IMG/VR virus record: IMGVR_UViG_3300022602_000038
Span: 64,001-128,000 of that record
Direction: 5' to 3' (one strand)
Length of the DNA: 64,000 nucleotides
DNA from: a virus
The position numbers were made by a program, and so were the translations under genes. The notes under the pieces were generated by a model. That model was not told the origin of the DNA, did no database searches, and saw nothing but the letters and a program-made list of their open reading frames with translations. Shown piece by piece: positions 37,633 to 47,392 of this stretch (position 1 is its first letter; each line of letters opens with the position of its first letter).

Positions 37633-39219
37633 TTAATATCTTTCAGAAAGATAAGAAAGAAGTGTTTTGTGATTGATTAAAGATGATCTTACAAGTTGAA
37701 TATTTTTTATATATTTTTGTAATTGAGCTTTATATCTTATTTTTCTAATACCTATATTAAATGAGTCAAAAGCTTCTTTTGCTTTTTGACAGTCATAAAA
37801 ATTAATACCTGTACCTACTTGCAACCAACTGTCTATAGTAAAGTATATATTATTTATACCACTCTCTGTTACGTTAGATAATATTAATGCGTCGTTATTA
37901 TCAAGAAGTTTTTGTACCATTTCAGGTGCTTTATTATTTGTATTAAAATTTGCCCAAAAAGGTGTATCCGTTCTTTCAGTTAAATAATGAAAATAGATGA
38001 AATTTAAAATCTCTTGATTTAGTTTTAATACAGAATCGTTGTAGGATTTCATTTGATACGGGTCAGAGAATATTAAACCTCTTATATGTTGAGAAAAATA
38101 TCTTAAAGACGATATGGTAACCCATATAGATGTAGCTTCAAGTGGTTCTATAAAACCAGCTGCAAGCCCAATAGCGACACAGTTTTTTATCCAGGGGGTT
38201 TCGTATTGACCAGCTTCAAATGTGAACTGCCTGTTTATAACCGTATCTGTTCCTGTATATTCATCAATTTCTTTTTTAATACTCTCGTCATCAATCTGAT
38301 TACTATCAAATACATACCCGCACCCATATCTATCCTGTAAAGGTATTTTCCACATCCAACCATATTTCATAGCTATAGCTTCTGTGTATGGTGGTATTTC
38401 ACCATTTTTAATTGGTGAAAAAAACGTCATACTTTTATTTACAGGTAAATATTCTTTATAACTTTTCCAGTTATTATTAAAAAAATCCCCTATAATTTTA
38501 CGTTTAAAACCTGAACAATCAAAGACAAAATCACACCTTATTGTAGGGTCTGCATTTATTAATGTTAAAGAAGTTATATTACCTTCTTTATCGGTATTTA
38601 TTTTACTTACCGTGCTTTCAATTACTTTAATATTTCTTGCTTTACCTACAAATTTTAAAAAATCTGCAAGCATAACTGCATTAAAATGTAATGCATATGG
38701 TCCTAAGATATCAAAATGATATGTATTATCTTGAGTTTTGTTTTCAATATTACTGCTTACTACGAATTTTGTTGTGTAATCTTCACAAGTAATATATGTA
38801 AGGTCTATTTTATTTAAAGGCTCTCTGTTTGCTATTCTTTCTAAAGCTTCTAATGATAATATACTTTGACCTATAGTTGTATTTTGATTATAATTTACAC
38901 TATAATTATCTGTACTGAATCCGTGATAGTAATATTTATTATCGCCGTTCCAGTTGGTAAATTTAATACCGTTTTTTATAGTACCACCAGCGTGCTTTAC
39001 AATATCACTTGCTGAAATGTTTAACTCTTGTAAAAAATTTACTAAATGTGGTGTTGAACCTTCTCCGGCTCCTAGAATTCCTATTTCAGAGCTTTCTATA
39101 AGCGTTATACTTACATTTGGGTATTCTTTACGTAAAAATAAAGCTGTCAACCAGCCTGATGTACCACCTCCAACTACTACAAATTTGTAATCTTTACTGT
39201 CAAGGTTATTAAAGGCCAT
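37633..39219 (-). CDS. Tryptophan halogenase-family flavin-dependent halogenase (full-length)
   Basis: 'GGGTSGW', 'GAGEGS', 'IKNGIKF.NW' (catalytic Lys position), 'FDCSGF', 'GWMWKIPL' (WxWxIP), 'GF.EPLEATSI'. Confidence 0.92.
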   Translation of the reverse strand: MAFNNLDSKDYKFVVVGGGTSGWLTALFLRKEYPNVSITLIESSEIGILGAGEGSTPHLVNFLQELNISASDIVKHAGGTIKNGIKFTNWNGDNKYYYHGFSTDNYSVNYNQNTTIGQSILSLEALERIANREPLNKIDLTYITCEDYTTKFVVSSNIENKTQDNTYHFDILGPYALHFNAVMLADFLKFVGKARNIKVIESTVSKINTDKEGNITSLTLINADPTIRCDFVFDCSGFKRKIIGDFFNNNWKSYKEYLPVNKSMTFFSPIKNGEIPPYTEAIAMKYGWMWKIPLQDRYGCGYVFDSNQIDDESIKKEIDEYTGTDTVINRQFTFEAGQYETPWIKNCVAIGLAAGFIEPLEATSIWVTISSLRYFSQHIRGLIFSDPYQMKSYNDSVLKLNQEILNFIYFHYLTERTDTPFWANFNTNNKAPEMVQKLLDNNDALILSNVTESGINNIYFTIDSWLQVGTGINFYDCQKAKEAFDSFNIGIRKIRYKAQLQKYIKNIQLVRSSLINHKTLLSYLSERY

Positions 39220-39225
39220 ACTAAT

Positions 39226-39253
39226 ATTTTAGTATGAACTCAATAAAAATCAA
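39226..39253 (-). promoter_or_regulatory. Sigma70-like promoter TTGATT-N16-TAAAAT
   Basis: -10 box ends 6 nt before the ATG; similar arrangement before several other genes. Confidence 0.5.
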
Positions 39254-39259
39254 TTACAA

Positions 39260-39574
39260 TTACATTCCTACCTCTTCGTCTTTAGCTAAAGCAGCTTCAA
39301 CATCTTGTAGCATGTCTGCTGCTTCAGTAATATGAGTTACCATCCAAGCATGTAAAGGAGCTTCTGGACTTAAATTTTTAAGCATTTCAGCTAATCTAGG
39401 CGCAACTTCAGCAGCTTGCATTGCTTTAGTTAAAGCCATGTCGACATTATGAGTACTTTTCGTTCCGTCATGATGTACAGGTACATCTGTAATTTCAATA
39501 GCTTCTTCTCCAACTGGAGTTTCATTAACTAAAGAATATTTTTCGGATAAAATTTTATAAGCATTACGTGACAT
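39260..39574 (-). CDS. Hypothetical protein, possible internal head protein
   Basis: Start moved to ATG 39574 (MSRNAYKILSEKY..VNE) after TATAAATA at 39583-39590. Confidence 0.6.
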   Translation of the reverse strand: MSRNAYKILSEKYSLVNETPVGEEAIEITDVPVHHDGTKSTHNVDMALTKAMQAAEVAPRLAEMLKNLSPEAPLHAWMVTHITEAADMLQDVEAALAKDEEVGM

Positions 39575-39642
39575 ATATATTATATTTATATAATCCGTGC
39601 AGGAAAATTGCATTTAGCTAAATATATGTTATATTATATGTT

Positions 39643-40212
39643 ATGGGAATGTACGATACAATAACAGTTAAAGATAAACTACCTTGGACTGATGAAATGT
39701 GGGAAGAGGGATTACCTAACAATTGTAATGAATTTCAAATTAAAGGATTAATAGAGGGATTAGCTAATTACAAGATTGAAAATGGTAAACTGTTATTACA
39801 AAAGTTTAAAGAAGTAAAACTAGTAGATACAGAAACCTGTAATGGTTGGAGTAGTGCATTACAACGTTCCGGGGAGTATTGGGAAGATCAAAACTACCAC
39901 GGTAAGCTTAGTTTTTATGATTATGTACCAAACGAAAAGATCGGCAATAATGATTGCTGGGTAGAATTTACAGCAACTTTCACTAACGGTCAGATTGATA
40001 AAATTGAAGTGTCTAAGTTTGAAAAAAACGATAACACTGAACGCATCGAAAAGTGGAATGAAATAACTAACGAATTACGTCGAAATAACAAACGGTGGAT
40101 TAACAAATACTTCAATCATACAAAACCTATACGTTGGTTTCGTAGATGGGTATGGTATGAGCTTTGGTATAGGGCTGGTCAGTTTTGCAATAAAATGCAA
40201 ATCTTATGGTAA
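39643..40212 (+). CDS. Conserved hypothetical protein ('MGMYD' type)
   Basis: 189-aa ORF; TTGCAT-N16-TATATT upstream. Confidence 0.65.
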   Translation: MGMYDTITVKDKLPWTDEMWEEGLPNNCNEFQIKGLIEGLANYKIENGKLLLQKFKEVKLVDTETCNGWSSALQRSGEYWEDQNYHGKLSFYDYVPNEKIGNNDCWVEFTATFTNGQIDKIEVSKFEKNDNTERIEKWNEITNELRRNNKRWINKYFNHTKPIRWFRRWVWYELWYRAGQFCNKMQILW

Positions 40213-40872
40213 TTAACCTTTAATGCAATGAGCTACTAATAGCCCGTTCCACCACCCTAGCTTATCACCGAATGTCATTGGTCCGCTTGGACCTTGAATA
40301 ACTGTAGTATCAGCTACTATTTGTTTATGATACTGTATAGATATATTGTTATCTCTTAAAGCATCCATAGTACCTCTTTGAACTTCCTCCCAGTTATAGT
40401 CATCTACTATCAATATAAACTCTTTAGCTAAACTATTGTAATAATGAGCAATAGCTTTGTATTGTGAATCATAGCTATGCTCTCCATCATAAAAATATGT
40501 ATTGATATCTTTAATACCGAAGTCTAACGGGTTAATTGCAAAGCAATCAGCATCCAAAAAATTAGCTCTATTGTCATAGTCTAATAATCGTCTAGTGTTT
40601 TTATGAAATTCTAATCGAGGACCGGTAAATTGAGTAAAGTTATCTATTGCGATATGATAAGCAGGAGTGTTTTTATATAACGCAGATATTAATGTAGATC
40701 CTTTCCATGTACCTATTTCCAGGTAAGAAGTTTCTTGATTAATAATATTATTAAAAAAATGCCTTGTTTTATTACCAGACATTCCTTCTAAAGTTAATAT
40801 TTCTGAAGTTAATTTGGATTCTTGAGCTTCAGCTTTTTTAACCGCTTGTATAATTGTTTCAGTAAAATTCAT
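40213..40872 (-). CDS. Class I SAM methyltransferase (Methyltransf_24-like)
   Basis: 'YLEIGTWKGST', 'FYDGEH', 'IVDD'. Confidence 0.85.
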   Translation of the reverse strand: MNFTETIIQAVKKAEAQESKLTSEILTLEGMSGNKTRHFFNNIINQETSYLEIGTWKGSTLISALYKNTPAYHIAIDNFTQFTGPRLEFHKNTRRLLDYDNRANFLDADCFAINPLDFGIKDINTYFYDGEHSYDSQYKAIAHYYNSLAKEFILIVDDYNWEEVQRGTMDALRDNNISIQYHKQIVADTTVIQGPSGPMTFGDKLGWWNGLLVAHCIKG

Positions 40873-41432
40873 ATATTAAAGTAACACCAACATTGTTCTC
40901 CACAAAACAAACTATCATCATCTTTATTAAAAAAATGTCTTACAGCTTGTCGTACTCCTTCATCATTATAATAATCATGACCTGCTATATGCCCACCTTT
41001 CTTTAATTTTGGAAACCAAGCTTTAAGGTCTTCTAATACCGCTTCATATGCATGATTAGCATCTATAAAAATAAACTCCAACGAACTGTCTGCAAATTGT
41101 TTAGCAGCTTCTACAGAATTTATACGTACAGGTTCTACAACATGTTCTACAGGTTTAATATTCTCTTTAAACAAATGCCACACTAAATCTTCGGGTACAC
41201 TACTTGGATCTTTAAGATTTAATCCGTCAACAGTAAATCTGTTCCATACATCTACCACGGTAAGTTTTATATCTTTCTTAGAATTAATAATCTCTACTGC
41301 CATATAAGCAGTGGAAGCGCCTTGAAACGCCCCTACTTCCACGAAATGTGCATTATCATACTGCTTAACCATATGAGCATATAGTTGCGGAAATGTAAAC
41401 CAACCGGGTATCTTATAATGAAAATGTTCCAC
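40869..41432 (-). CDS. Class I SAM methyltransferase (Methyltransf_24-like)
   Basis: 'VEVGAFQG.S', 'FIDANHAYE', 'GG.IAGHDY'. Confidence 0.88.
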   Translation of the reverse strand: MEHFHYKIPGWFTFPQLYAHMVKQYDNAHFVEVGAFQGASTAYMAVEIINSKKDIKLTVVDVWNRFTVDGLNLKDPSSVPEDLVWHLFKENIKPVEHVVEPVRINSVEAAKQFADSSLEFIFIDANHAYEAVLEDLKAWFPKLKKGGHIAGHDYYNDEGVRQAVRHFFNKDDDSLFCGEQCWCYFNI

Positions 41433-41511
41433 GTGTAATTACATTTATAAATCTATTAAAACAATTCAAGCTTAGTTGATTTATCTAATGACAAGTAGTT
41501 AATATTATATT

Positions 41512-42135
41512 ATGTATAAAGAACCTACACAAACAGAACAAGTACAAACTGGTATAAACGTAATGTTCGTAGAGCTACTATACAAAAAAAACATACTACA
41601 TTTGTTTAAAGATAAGAACGAACTATTCTATAAAAAATCCTTAGAACTTAAAGAATTTTCTCCTGTAATATCAAACTGGAATTGTGATACATTTAATACA
41701 ATGTATACATATGAATTAACGAGAGACCCACTGTTTAAAGATTTAATTGAAGAATGTAAACAACAAGTTGCTATGTTTGCTACAAAATTTGGAGTGGTAA
41801 ATAAGAGAATTGAATGTATTAATGCCTGGCTTAACGTAGCTTTACCTGGCAATTTTCAAGAGTATCATATACACAACAATAGTCATTTTAGTTTAGTATA
41901 TTATGTAAAAGCGCCTAAAAATGGCGGGGAACTTATTCTTAAAAGCCATGAAGCGGATTCAGATATGTTTGCATTGCCAGCAACTGAATACGCAAAAGCT
42001 TCTAATAAAGTATTTAGATTTTATCCTCAAGAAGGCGATTTAGTTGTTTTTAGGTCTAATATTTCTCATATGGTTAATAAAAATATGAGTAATGAAAATA
42101 GAGTTAGTATAGCAATGAATCTTAATGTTATTTAA
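41512..42135 (+). CDS. 2OG-Fe(II) oxygenase (phage TIGR02466-like)
   Basis: 'HIH..SHFSLVYY', 'H.V', 'RVSIAMN'. Confidence 0.8.
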   Translation: MYKEPTQTEQVQTGINVMFVELLYKKNILHLFKDKNELFYKKSLELKEFSPVISNWNCDTFNTMYTYELTRDPLFKDLIEECKQQVAMFATKFGVVNKRIECINAWLNVALPGNFQEYHIHNNSHFSLVYYVKAPKNGGELILKSHEADSDMFALPATEYAKASNKVFRFYPQEGDLVVFRSNISHMVNKNMSNENRVSIAMNLNVI

Positions 42136-42414
42136 TTAAAATTTAACTTCTCCGACTCCAATACGGCCGTTATCATTTTGTACTAAAAGTACCTTTACAG
42201 GTAATTCTTGTTTAAGAATTCTTGCTTCATTTATTGCTTCATTCGTATCTGGGTATTTTTTAGCCTTATTTAAGTCTTTACCCCAGTCATTATTACCATA
42301 AAACAATAAACCTTCTTGTAATATGTTACGTGCATTTACAAACGTAACAGATGCATCCATTATTATAAACTCTTGAGTCATTACCGTACTTTTTGACGTT
42401 TTGTTAAATTCCAA
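42136..42414 (-). CDS. Hypothetical protein (start probably near 42381)
   Basis: ORF in a tightly packed operon. Confidence 0.5.
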   Translation of the reverse strand: MEFNKTSKSTVMTQEFIIMDASVTFVNARNILQEGLLFYGNNDWGKDLNKAKKYPDTNEAINEARILKQELPVKVLLVQNDNGRIGVGEVKF

Positions 42415-42575
42415 ACCTCTGTAGTTCCTGATTTATATGTAACGGTTAATGTATTACCATTCATAAAAAACGAGCTTAATTCTCTTGAACCAAGATGTAT
42501 TGAAAAGTAAGGTGCACCGGTTAGTGCATCAAATACTTGTAAAAAATCTTTAACTGGTCTTGCTGAGTATGCCAT
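42381..42575 (-). CDS. Hypothetical protein
   Basis: ATG 1 nt after the upstream stop. Confidence 0.6.
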   Translation of the reverse strand: MAYSARPVKDFLQVFDALTGAPYFSIHLGSRELSSFFMNGNTLTVTYKSGTTEVWNLTKRQKVR

Positions 42576-42576
42576 A

Positions 42577-43113
42577 TTATCTGTATTGTTTTTTTAATAA
42601 ACGCCATGTCGGGCTATCAATAACGACTTTACCATCATCGATGTTTTCAATCATACTGAGAGCTTGATCAATAGTGTTGTATATATATTTATGTTTAAGT
42701 TGCCCCATAAGCCATAAAGGCGTATTTTCTTTACCACCTTCAATAACGACAAATATAGGTTTTCGTGAAGCTACAGCGGTAGATAGTTCTTCAGCTGTAC
42801 CCCAACTAGCAGTGCTCGGTATAATATAAGCAATAATAAAATCCGATCTATCTACTAAGTTAAGATCAAATCTACGAATAGTCTTAGCCCATTCAGTTAC
42901 TTTATCGTATTCTCCGTTTTTCATATGTTGACGCATACGAATACGTACATCTGGTGATTCGTCGCTATCACTAATAAACGGTTTTTTGTACGGGTTAAAA
43001 ACTGTAATGTTGCGTGGTAATAAAGAGCTTTCTACTTTTTCTCTCCAGTTACTACCATCAGCATACTCCATTGCTCCAATAGTATAACATTTAGTACGAT
43101 ATAATGTATTCAT
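42577..43113 (-). CDS. Nucleoside 2-deoxyribosyltransferase / dNMP N-glycosidase-like protein
   Basis: 'Y..GAM', 'WRE', 'VFNP', 'DL..VD.SD', 'SWGTAEE' (nucleophile Glu), 'KP'. Confidence 0.8.
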   Translation of the reverse strand: MNTLYRTKCYTIGAMEYADGSNWREKVESSLLPRNITVFNPYKKPFISDSDESPDVRIRMRQHMKNGEYDKVTEWAKTIRRFDLNLVDRSDFIIAYIIPSTASWGTAEELSTAVASRKPIFVVIEGGKENTPLWLMGQLKHKYIYNTIDQALSMIENIDDGKVVIDSPTWRLLKKQYR

Positions 43114-43116
43114 ATA

Positions 43117-43680
43117 TTAAATGTTAATTATTTTATGTAATTCTTCAAGAGAATTAATCATTATATCTGCTAAACCTACATTTATAATTTCAATACCTAC
43201 GTAATGATGGTATTCTGAAGTAAGGCTATGTTCTTTATGTTTATAACCACAATCTGCTAATCTTTGAGCAATATAGTTTTCCCGACCTTCTTGAAAGTCT
43301 ACATCGCTTTTTTGTACTTTATGTGGTAATTCAGACATAGAATAAATTGAACCATGCATCATTGCAACAGCACCTGGCATTACAATACGCTTACCTTTCG
43401 TACCTGATGCAAGTAAAAAGGTACCGGTACTTTGAGCATTAGATGGTACTAGTATAGCTACATCACTTTTTAAAAGCTTAAACACGTTCGCTAAAAAAAT
43501 ACCATCTTCAATATTACCACCATCAGAATTAATAATTAAAAGTATATCTTTATTAGACTTTTTATCTAACAGAAACAACTGTCTTACTATTTCTGCAGCG
43601 CTAGATTCGGTAATTTCTCCGCTGAGAATTATTACTCGCTCACTTCCAAGCGTTTTAATTGTTTTTCTATTTGTAGGCAT
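43117..43680 (-). CDS. clpP: ClpP-like protease
   Basis: 'I.L.GEI', 'INSDGG', 'AQSTG.FLLASG.KGKR', 'MMH', 'GLAD'. Confidence 0.85.
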   Translation of the reverse strand: MPTNRKTIKTLGSERVIILSGEITESSAAEIVRQLFLLDKKSNKDILLIINSDGGNIEDGIFLANVFKLLKSDVAILVPSNAQSTGTFLLASGTKGKRIVMPGAVAMMHGSIYSMSELPHKVQKSDVDFQEGRENYIAQRLADCGYKHKEHSLTSEYHHYVGIEIINVGLADIMINSLEELHKIINI

Positions 43681-43970
43681 TTTATGCTGTATAAGTTATG
43701 TTCAATGTCTTTAGCGGTTTTAAATTTCATAATAAGCGTATCAGTACGTCTATTAACATAATCTTGTATATCTAAAGGTTTAATAAATTTCATACCTTCT
43801 GGGCTATCAAAGTTAATACCTTTATCTTCACATTTATCAGCAATTATATCAACTGCTTCAAGTAGTGCTGCCCACCGAGCAAATTCATAAAGAGTAATCT
43901 TATTTGTCGTAGCTTCTACGGTATTATAATCCATTTGTTGATGTTGTGTTAGGGATCGGAGCTGGTTCAT
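43632..43970 (-). CDS. Hypothetical protein (start probably near 43934)
   Basis: Operonic ORF. Confidence 0.6.
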   Translation of the reverse strand: MNQLRSLTQHQQMDYNTVEATTNKITLYEFARWAALLEAVDIIADKCEDKGINFDSPEGMKFIKPLDIQDYVNRRTDTLIMKFKTAKDIEHNLYSIKCLQIEKQLKRLEVSE

Positions 43971-44349
43971 ACATTGGTTCTGTTACTATTGCTGTTTCTG
44001 CCGTTAAATAAACTGAATTTTTAACATTACAGTGGCCGCAAACAAAACGATTTTCTTCAGAAGTACGAATTAGTACTTCATTTTCTTTATGACATGCAGC
44101 ACATTCTACTTTCATAGTGTTTTGTGCTATAATTTCAACCTCTCTTAACTGAAACACTCTTTTGTCACGAGCAGCTTTATATTCTATATATGTATTAAAT
44201 AGGTAAAAACCTATGAATTGTGTTAAAAATATAGCTATAAACCATAGACCGAACGAATGGCCTGTAAACTGTGCAATTCCACCAGCAACTGATGAAATTA
44301 TTATGGTTATAACTATAGACTTTAATAAGGCTAATAAGTTATTATTCAT
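43924..44349 (-). CDS. Membrane protein (2 TM) with zinc ribbon
   Basis: Two hydrophobic helices then CAAC...CGHC. Confidence 0.7.
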   Translation of the reverse strand: MNNNLLALLKSIVITIIISSVAGGIAQFTGHSFGLWFIAIFLTQFIGFYLFNTYIEYKAARDKRVFQLREVEIIAQNTMKVECAACHKENEVLIRTSEENRFVCGHCNVKNSVYLTAETAIVTEPMYEPAPIPNTTSTNGL

Positions 44350-44372
44350 TAGACCGTATTAAACGGTCTTTT

Positions 44373-44777
44373 TTACTTTGGTGCAAGAGAAAACTTGTCT
44401 AAATCAGCAGCTAATTTACGACAAGCTACCATAATTCCGTTTAACTTACGACGAAACTTGTTGAGTTCTTTTTCTTTACCTTTAAAAAGCGGTAAACTCT
44501 CTGCTTGGCGTGCTTTATTTCTTAAATCTTGAGTTTTTAAGTAAAGATTTGCTAAATCTTTTAAAGAATCTTGAAGAGGGAATGGTAAATCTTCTGCTAA
44601 ACCTAACTGTCTATCTCTATCCTTTACAGAGGACATTTTGCTTAGCGTAGGAACTGAATCTTTGCTAAATTCATACGCAGAAGTAGTCTCTGGCGCTTGA
44701 GAACCAGTTTGTGCTCCTGTATAATAGGAGGATTCGTCTAATAGTTTTTTAGTTTTTCTTGTTTTCACCAGGTTCAA
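44373..44777 (-). CDS. Hypothetical protein
   Basis: ORF; start uncertain. Confidence 0.55.
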   Translation of the reverse strand: MNLVKTRKTKKLLDESSYYTGAQTGSQAPETTSAYEFSKDSVPTLSKMSSVKDRDRQLGLAEDLPFPLQDSLKDLANLYLKTQDLRNKARQAESLPLFKGKEKELNKFRRKLNGIMVACRKLAADLDKFSLAPK

Positions 44778-44940
44778 TACTTATTGTTCCAACCATAAAT
44801 CTATTAGAACATTTTGGACAAATCCAGTGAGCTTCATTAACAATATTTTTACCGTTATTAACTCGCATAACACGAGGATGTACATGAGGTTGACCACAAG
44901 TGGTGCAAGTAACTGGTCTAGGCTCTACTTTAGGATACAT
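44749..44940 (-). CDS. Small zinc-ribbon protein
   Basis: CTTC...CPKC; TAAATA upstream. Confidence 0.7.
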   Translation of the reverse strand: MYPKVEPRPVTCTTCGQPHVHPRVMRVNNGKNIVNEAHWICPKCSNRFMVGTISIEPGENKKN

Positions 44941-44987
44941 ATATGTGTATATTTACTATAAACCCCTAAAAATACCCGGTAAAATTG

Positions 44988-45314
44988 TTATTTTTTTGGT
45001 ATAGATGTAGTTAAAGAGTTATAATACTCAGCTAAACATACATCATACACCGATTTAGGTAGTACATCTACAGGTTCTAATACTTTATTAGCAATACCCC
45101 AGTTAAACTCTGTTTTAGGTATAATTCGTGTATGTTTATCAGGTAAAGAAAAAAATGTACATTCCTCCTCACTTTCTTTTATCTTTACCAGCCACTCACC
45201 CTTAAATTTACCTTGTAAAACTACGTAAATGTAACGGTTTTTATTTAAAAGCCGTAATTTTATTTTTTTAATTAGGATTGAAACCATACGGATCACTACC
45301 GTTAGAATTAGCAA
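44988..45314 (-). CDS. Hypothetical protein
   Basis: Operonic ORF; start uncertain. Confidence 0.55.
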   Translation of the reverse strand: MLILTVVIRMVSILIKKIKLRLLNKNRYIYVVLQGKFKGEWLVKIKESEEECTFFSLPDKHTRIIPKTEFNWGIANKVLEPVDVLPKSVYDVCLAEYYNSLTTSIPKK

Positions 45315-45717
45315 TGTTTTGATTAATTTTATACATTACCCGTCTTAAACGTTCAAGTATTGCATCTTGATCAGCAGAAGAATCTGCAGAAACCATTTCA
45401 ATTGGATTATTATTAAGGTCGTAACCAATAATCATAAACGGACCCATGAACTCTTTGATCATTTGTTCAAGGTTCTCGATTTCTCTCTTTTTTTCTTTTA
45501 CTACTTTACTCTTAATACTTGCATATTCAAGTTGAGCTAACAGAAGCATATCTTGTATTTTTTTCTGTTCAGGATCAACTATAGTTTTTGCTACGTCTAG
45601 AGGTGTGGGTGGTAGTTTATCTGTAACTACCACCGTTGGTGTAGGAGAAGGTGAAGAAGTTTTTTTAGTTTTACTAGTTGTAGTAGTTTTTGAATTTTTA
45701 ATGTTCTTTTTCACCAT
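45268..45717 (-). CDS. Hypothetical protein
   Basis: Basic/Thr-rich N-terminus; TAAATA directly upstream. Confidence 0.6.
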   Translation of the reverse strand: MVKKNIKNSKTTTTSKTKKTSSPSPTPTVVVTDKLPPTPLDVAKTIVDPEQKKIQDMLLLAQLEYASIKSKVVKEKKREIENLEQMIKEFMGPFMIIGYDLNNNPIEMVSADSSADQDAILERLRRVMYKINQNIANSNGSDPYGFNPN

Positions 45718-45731
45718 ATATATTTACAGAA

Positions 45732-46790
45732 TTATCGCACTAAACTACGTAATTCTGCCTCTGATACAGTAGCTGTAAAGCCGTCAGGGATACCTTTAAC
45801 AATACATCCAATAGCATCATGAGAATGTAAGCTTTCTAAATGACTGCATACAATTTTAAAGTCTACTACTCGCTTTTCTTTATTGAACTCCTCGTACAAT
45901 AAACGAGATGCATCTTCAACAAACTTAAGATATGCGCCGTTTAATTCAGCAAAAGCTTGTTCATCTTCTCTCTTAACCATTACTTGTGTTTCTGTTTTAA
46001 GAGCATTTAAGCACATTTGCTGTATTTCTTCAAACCAAATATGGTCGTTGTATTTTAACGATATACGGGCTGTAGAACGTTGTGAATGAGACACGACTGC
46101 TTTATTACGATGCTTACGAGCGTGTTCACCTAATTCAAAAGAACAAGGACAAGCAGAGGAATAAACAAAATCAAAATGTACAATTTTATCAAATACACCT
46201 TGTTGGTTTAAGTTACACTCAATAGCAATATTATAGTATTGATAACCTGCATTGCCGGAACGCAAACTCTGTTGAATGATAGGATAAGATATTTTAAGAA
46301 TAATCTTTGCGTCAAATGTTTGTAAGTTCTTTTTGTAAAGTTTTAAAACATCTTCAATATAGTTAGCATCAAATACGTTATCTTTATGCTCATAAAAAGA
46401 ACGAATAATACGCGACATATTAATACCTTTCTTTTCAGCAGCTAAAGAAACTGTACCTGTAACAGCAGTTTCTAATTCAATAACTGATCCATCTGCTTTT
46501 GTCCATTTAAGTGGTAATTTAAAATTATGAATACCTACTTGTTGAATAGCTACCTTTGCACCTTGTATTAGAGATGAAGGTCCGTTCTGTAAATCAGGTA
46601 AAGTAGCAATATAATTAGAGTCTACTTTAAGATTAGTATCGTAGTTACGATCAGGTTCCTTGTAACCTAAATTTGCTTTACTAAAATCTATAGTATTAGT
46701 ATTTTCTTTATCTTCGCCAAGCCAATCGTATGTTTGAGTATTTGTGTTTTTCACGTGTATAAAATTTTCTCCTGTTGTATATGTTTTCAT
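45732..46790 (-). CDS. folE2: GTP cyclohydrolase I type 2 (FolE2)
   Basis: 'KGINMSR', 'SACPCS', 'HSQRS', 'VKREDE', 'FVED..R', 'ESLHSHDA'. Confidence 0.93.
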   Translation of the reverse strand: MKTYTTGENFIHVKNTNTQTYDWLGEDKENTNTIDFSKANLGYKEPDRNYDTNLKVDSNYIATLPDLQNGPSSLIQGAKVAIQQVGIHNFKLPLKWTKADGSVIELETAVTGTVSLAAEKKGINMSRIIRSFYEHKDNVFDANYIEDVLKLYKKNLQTFDAKIILKISYPIIQQSLRSGNAGYQYYNIAIECNLNQQGVFDKIVHFDFVYSSACPCSFELGEHARKHRNKAVVSHSQRSTARISLKYNDHIWFEEIQQMCLNALKTETQVMVKREDEQAFAELNGAYLKFVEDASRLLYEEFNKEKRVVDFKIVCSHLESLHSHDAIGCIVKGIPDGFTATVSEAELRSLVR

Positions 46791-47392
46791 GAAACAGTTG
46801 AGTGTCGACTAAAAAGTAAATTAAAAGAAATACTAATTCTTTCATTATCAGTAGTATTAGGTTCAGTATTGTGTAATAACCAAGAAGGAAATAAAATCAA
46901 CATACCTTCCTCCGGGGTTATATACTCTAACTCAAGTATTGAATTATAACACCAGGAAGCATTTAACATAAAATTAGGGTTTCTAAAAATAATTTTTCCA
47001 TCTTTACTATTTGTTTTAAAATAATAAACCCCACATAAGTCGACTGGACCATGAGTGTGGGCATAAGCATAGTCATTTTTATTTGAAATGGTCATCCAGG
47101 ACTCTGAAATGTTATAATTTGTTGTTTTATTATAATTGAGATGAGTAAGGTATGTAATTACGTGCTTAAGTAACTCTCCTTTAAATATATTAATCTTGTA
47201 ATCTGTAATTAAATTACTATTAAAAGTAGGATCATTTATTAAGTGAGTACCTCTCCAGCCTTTTTGTCTGTCAAATGTATTTTTTTGTTTAAGGTCTTGA
47301 TATACTTGTTCAAAACTTTCCTGTACTAAGCTAAATACAGGCTCTTCAAACTTAGCAATATATAAAGGGGTAGAGAAAAGATTTTTAATCAT
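46787..47392 (-). CDS. 2OG-Fe(II) oxygenase (phage TIGR02466-like)
   Basis: 'LF.TP', 'HTH....CGVYY', 'FPSWL.H', 'RISISFN'. Confidence 0.85.
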   Translation of the reverse strand: MIKNLFSTPLYIAKFEEPVFSLVQESFEQVYQDLKQKNTFDRQKGWRGTHLINDPTFNSNLITDYKINIFKGELLKHVITYLTHLNYNKTTNYNISESWMTISNKNDYAYAHTHGPVDLCGVYYFKTNSKDGKIIFRNPNFMLNASWCYNSILELEYITPEEGMLILFPSWLLHNTEPNTTDNERISISFNLLFSRHSTVS

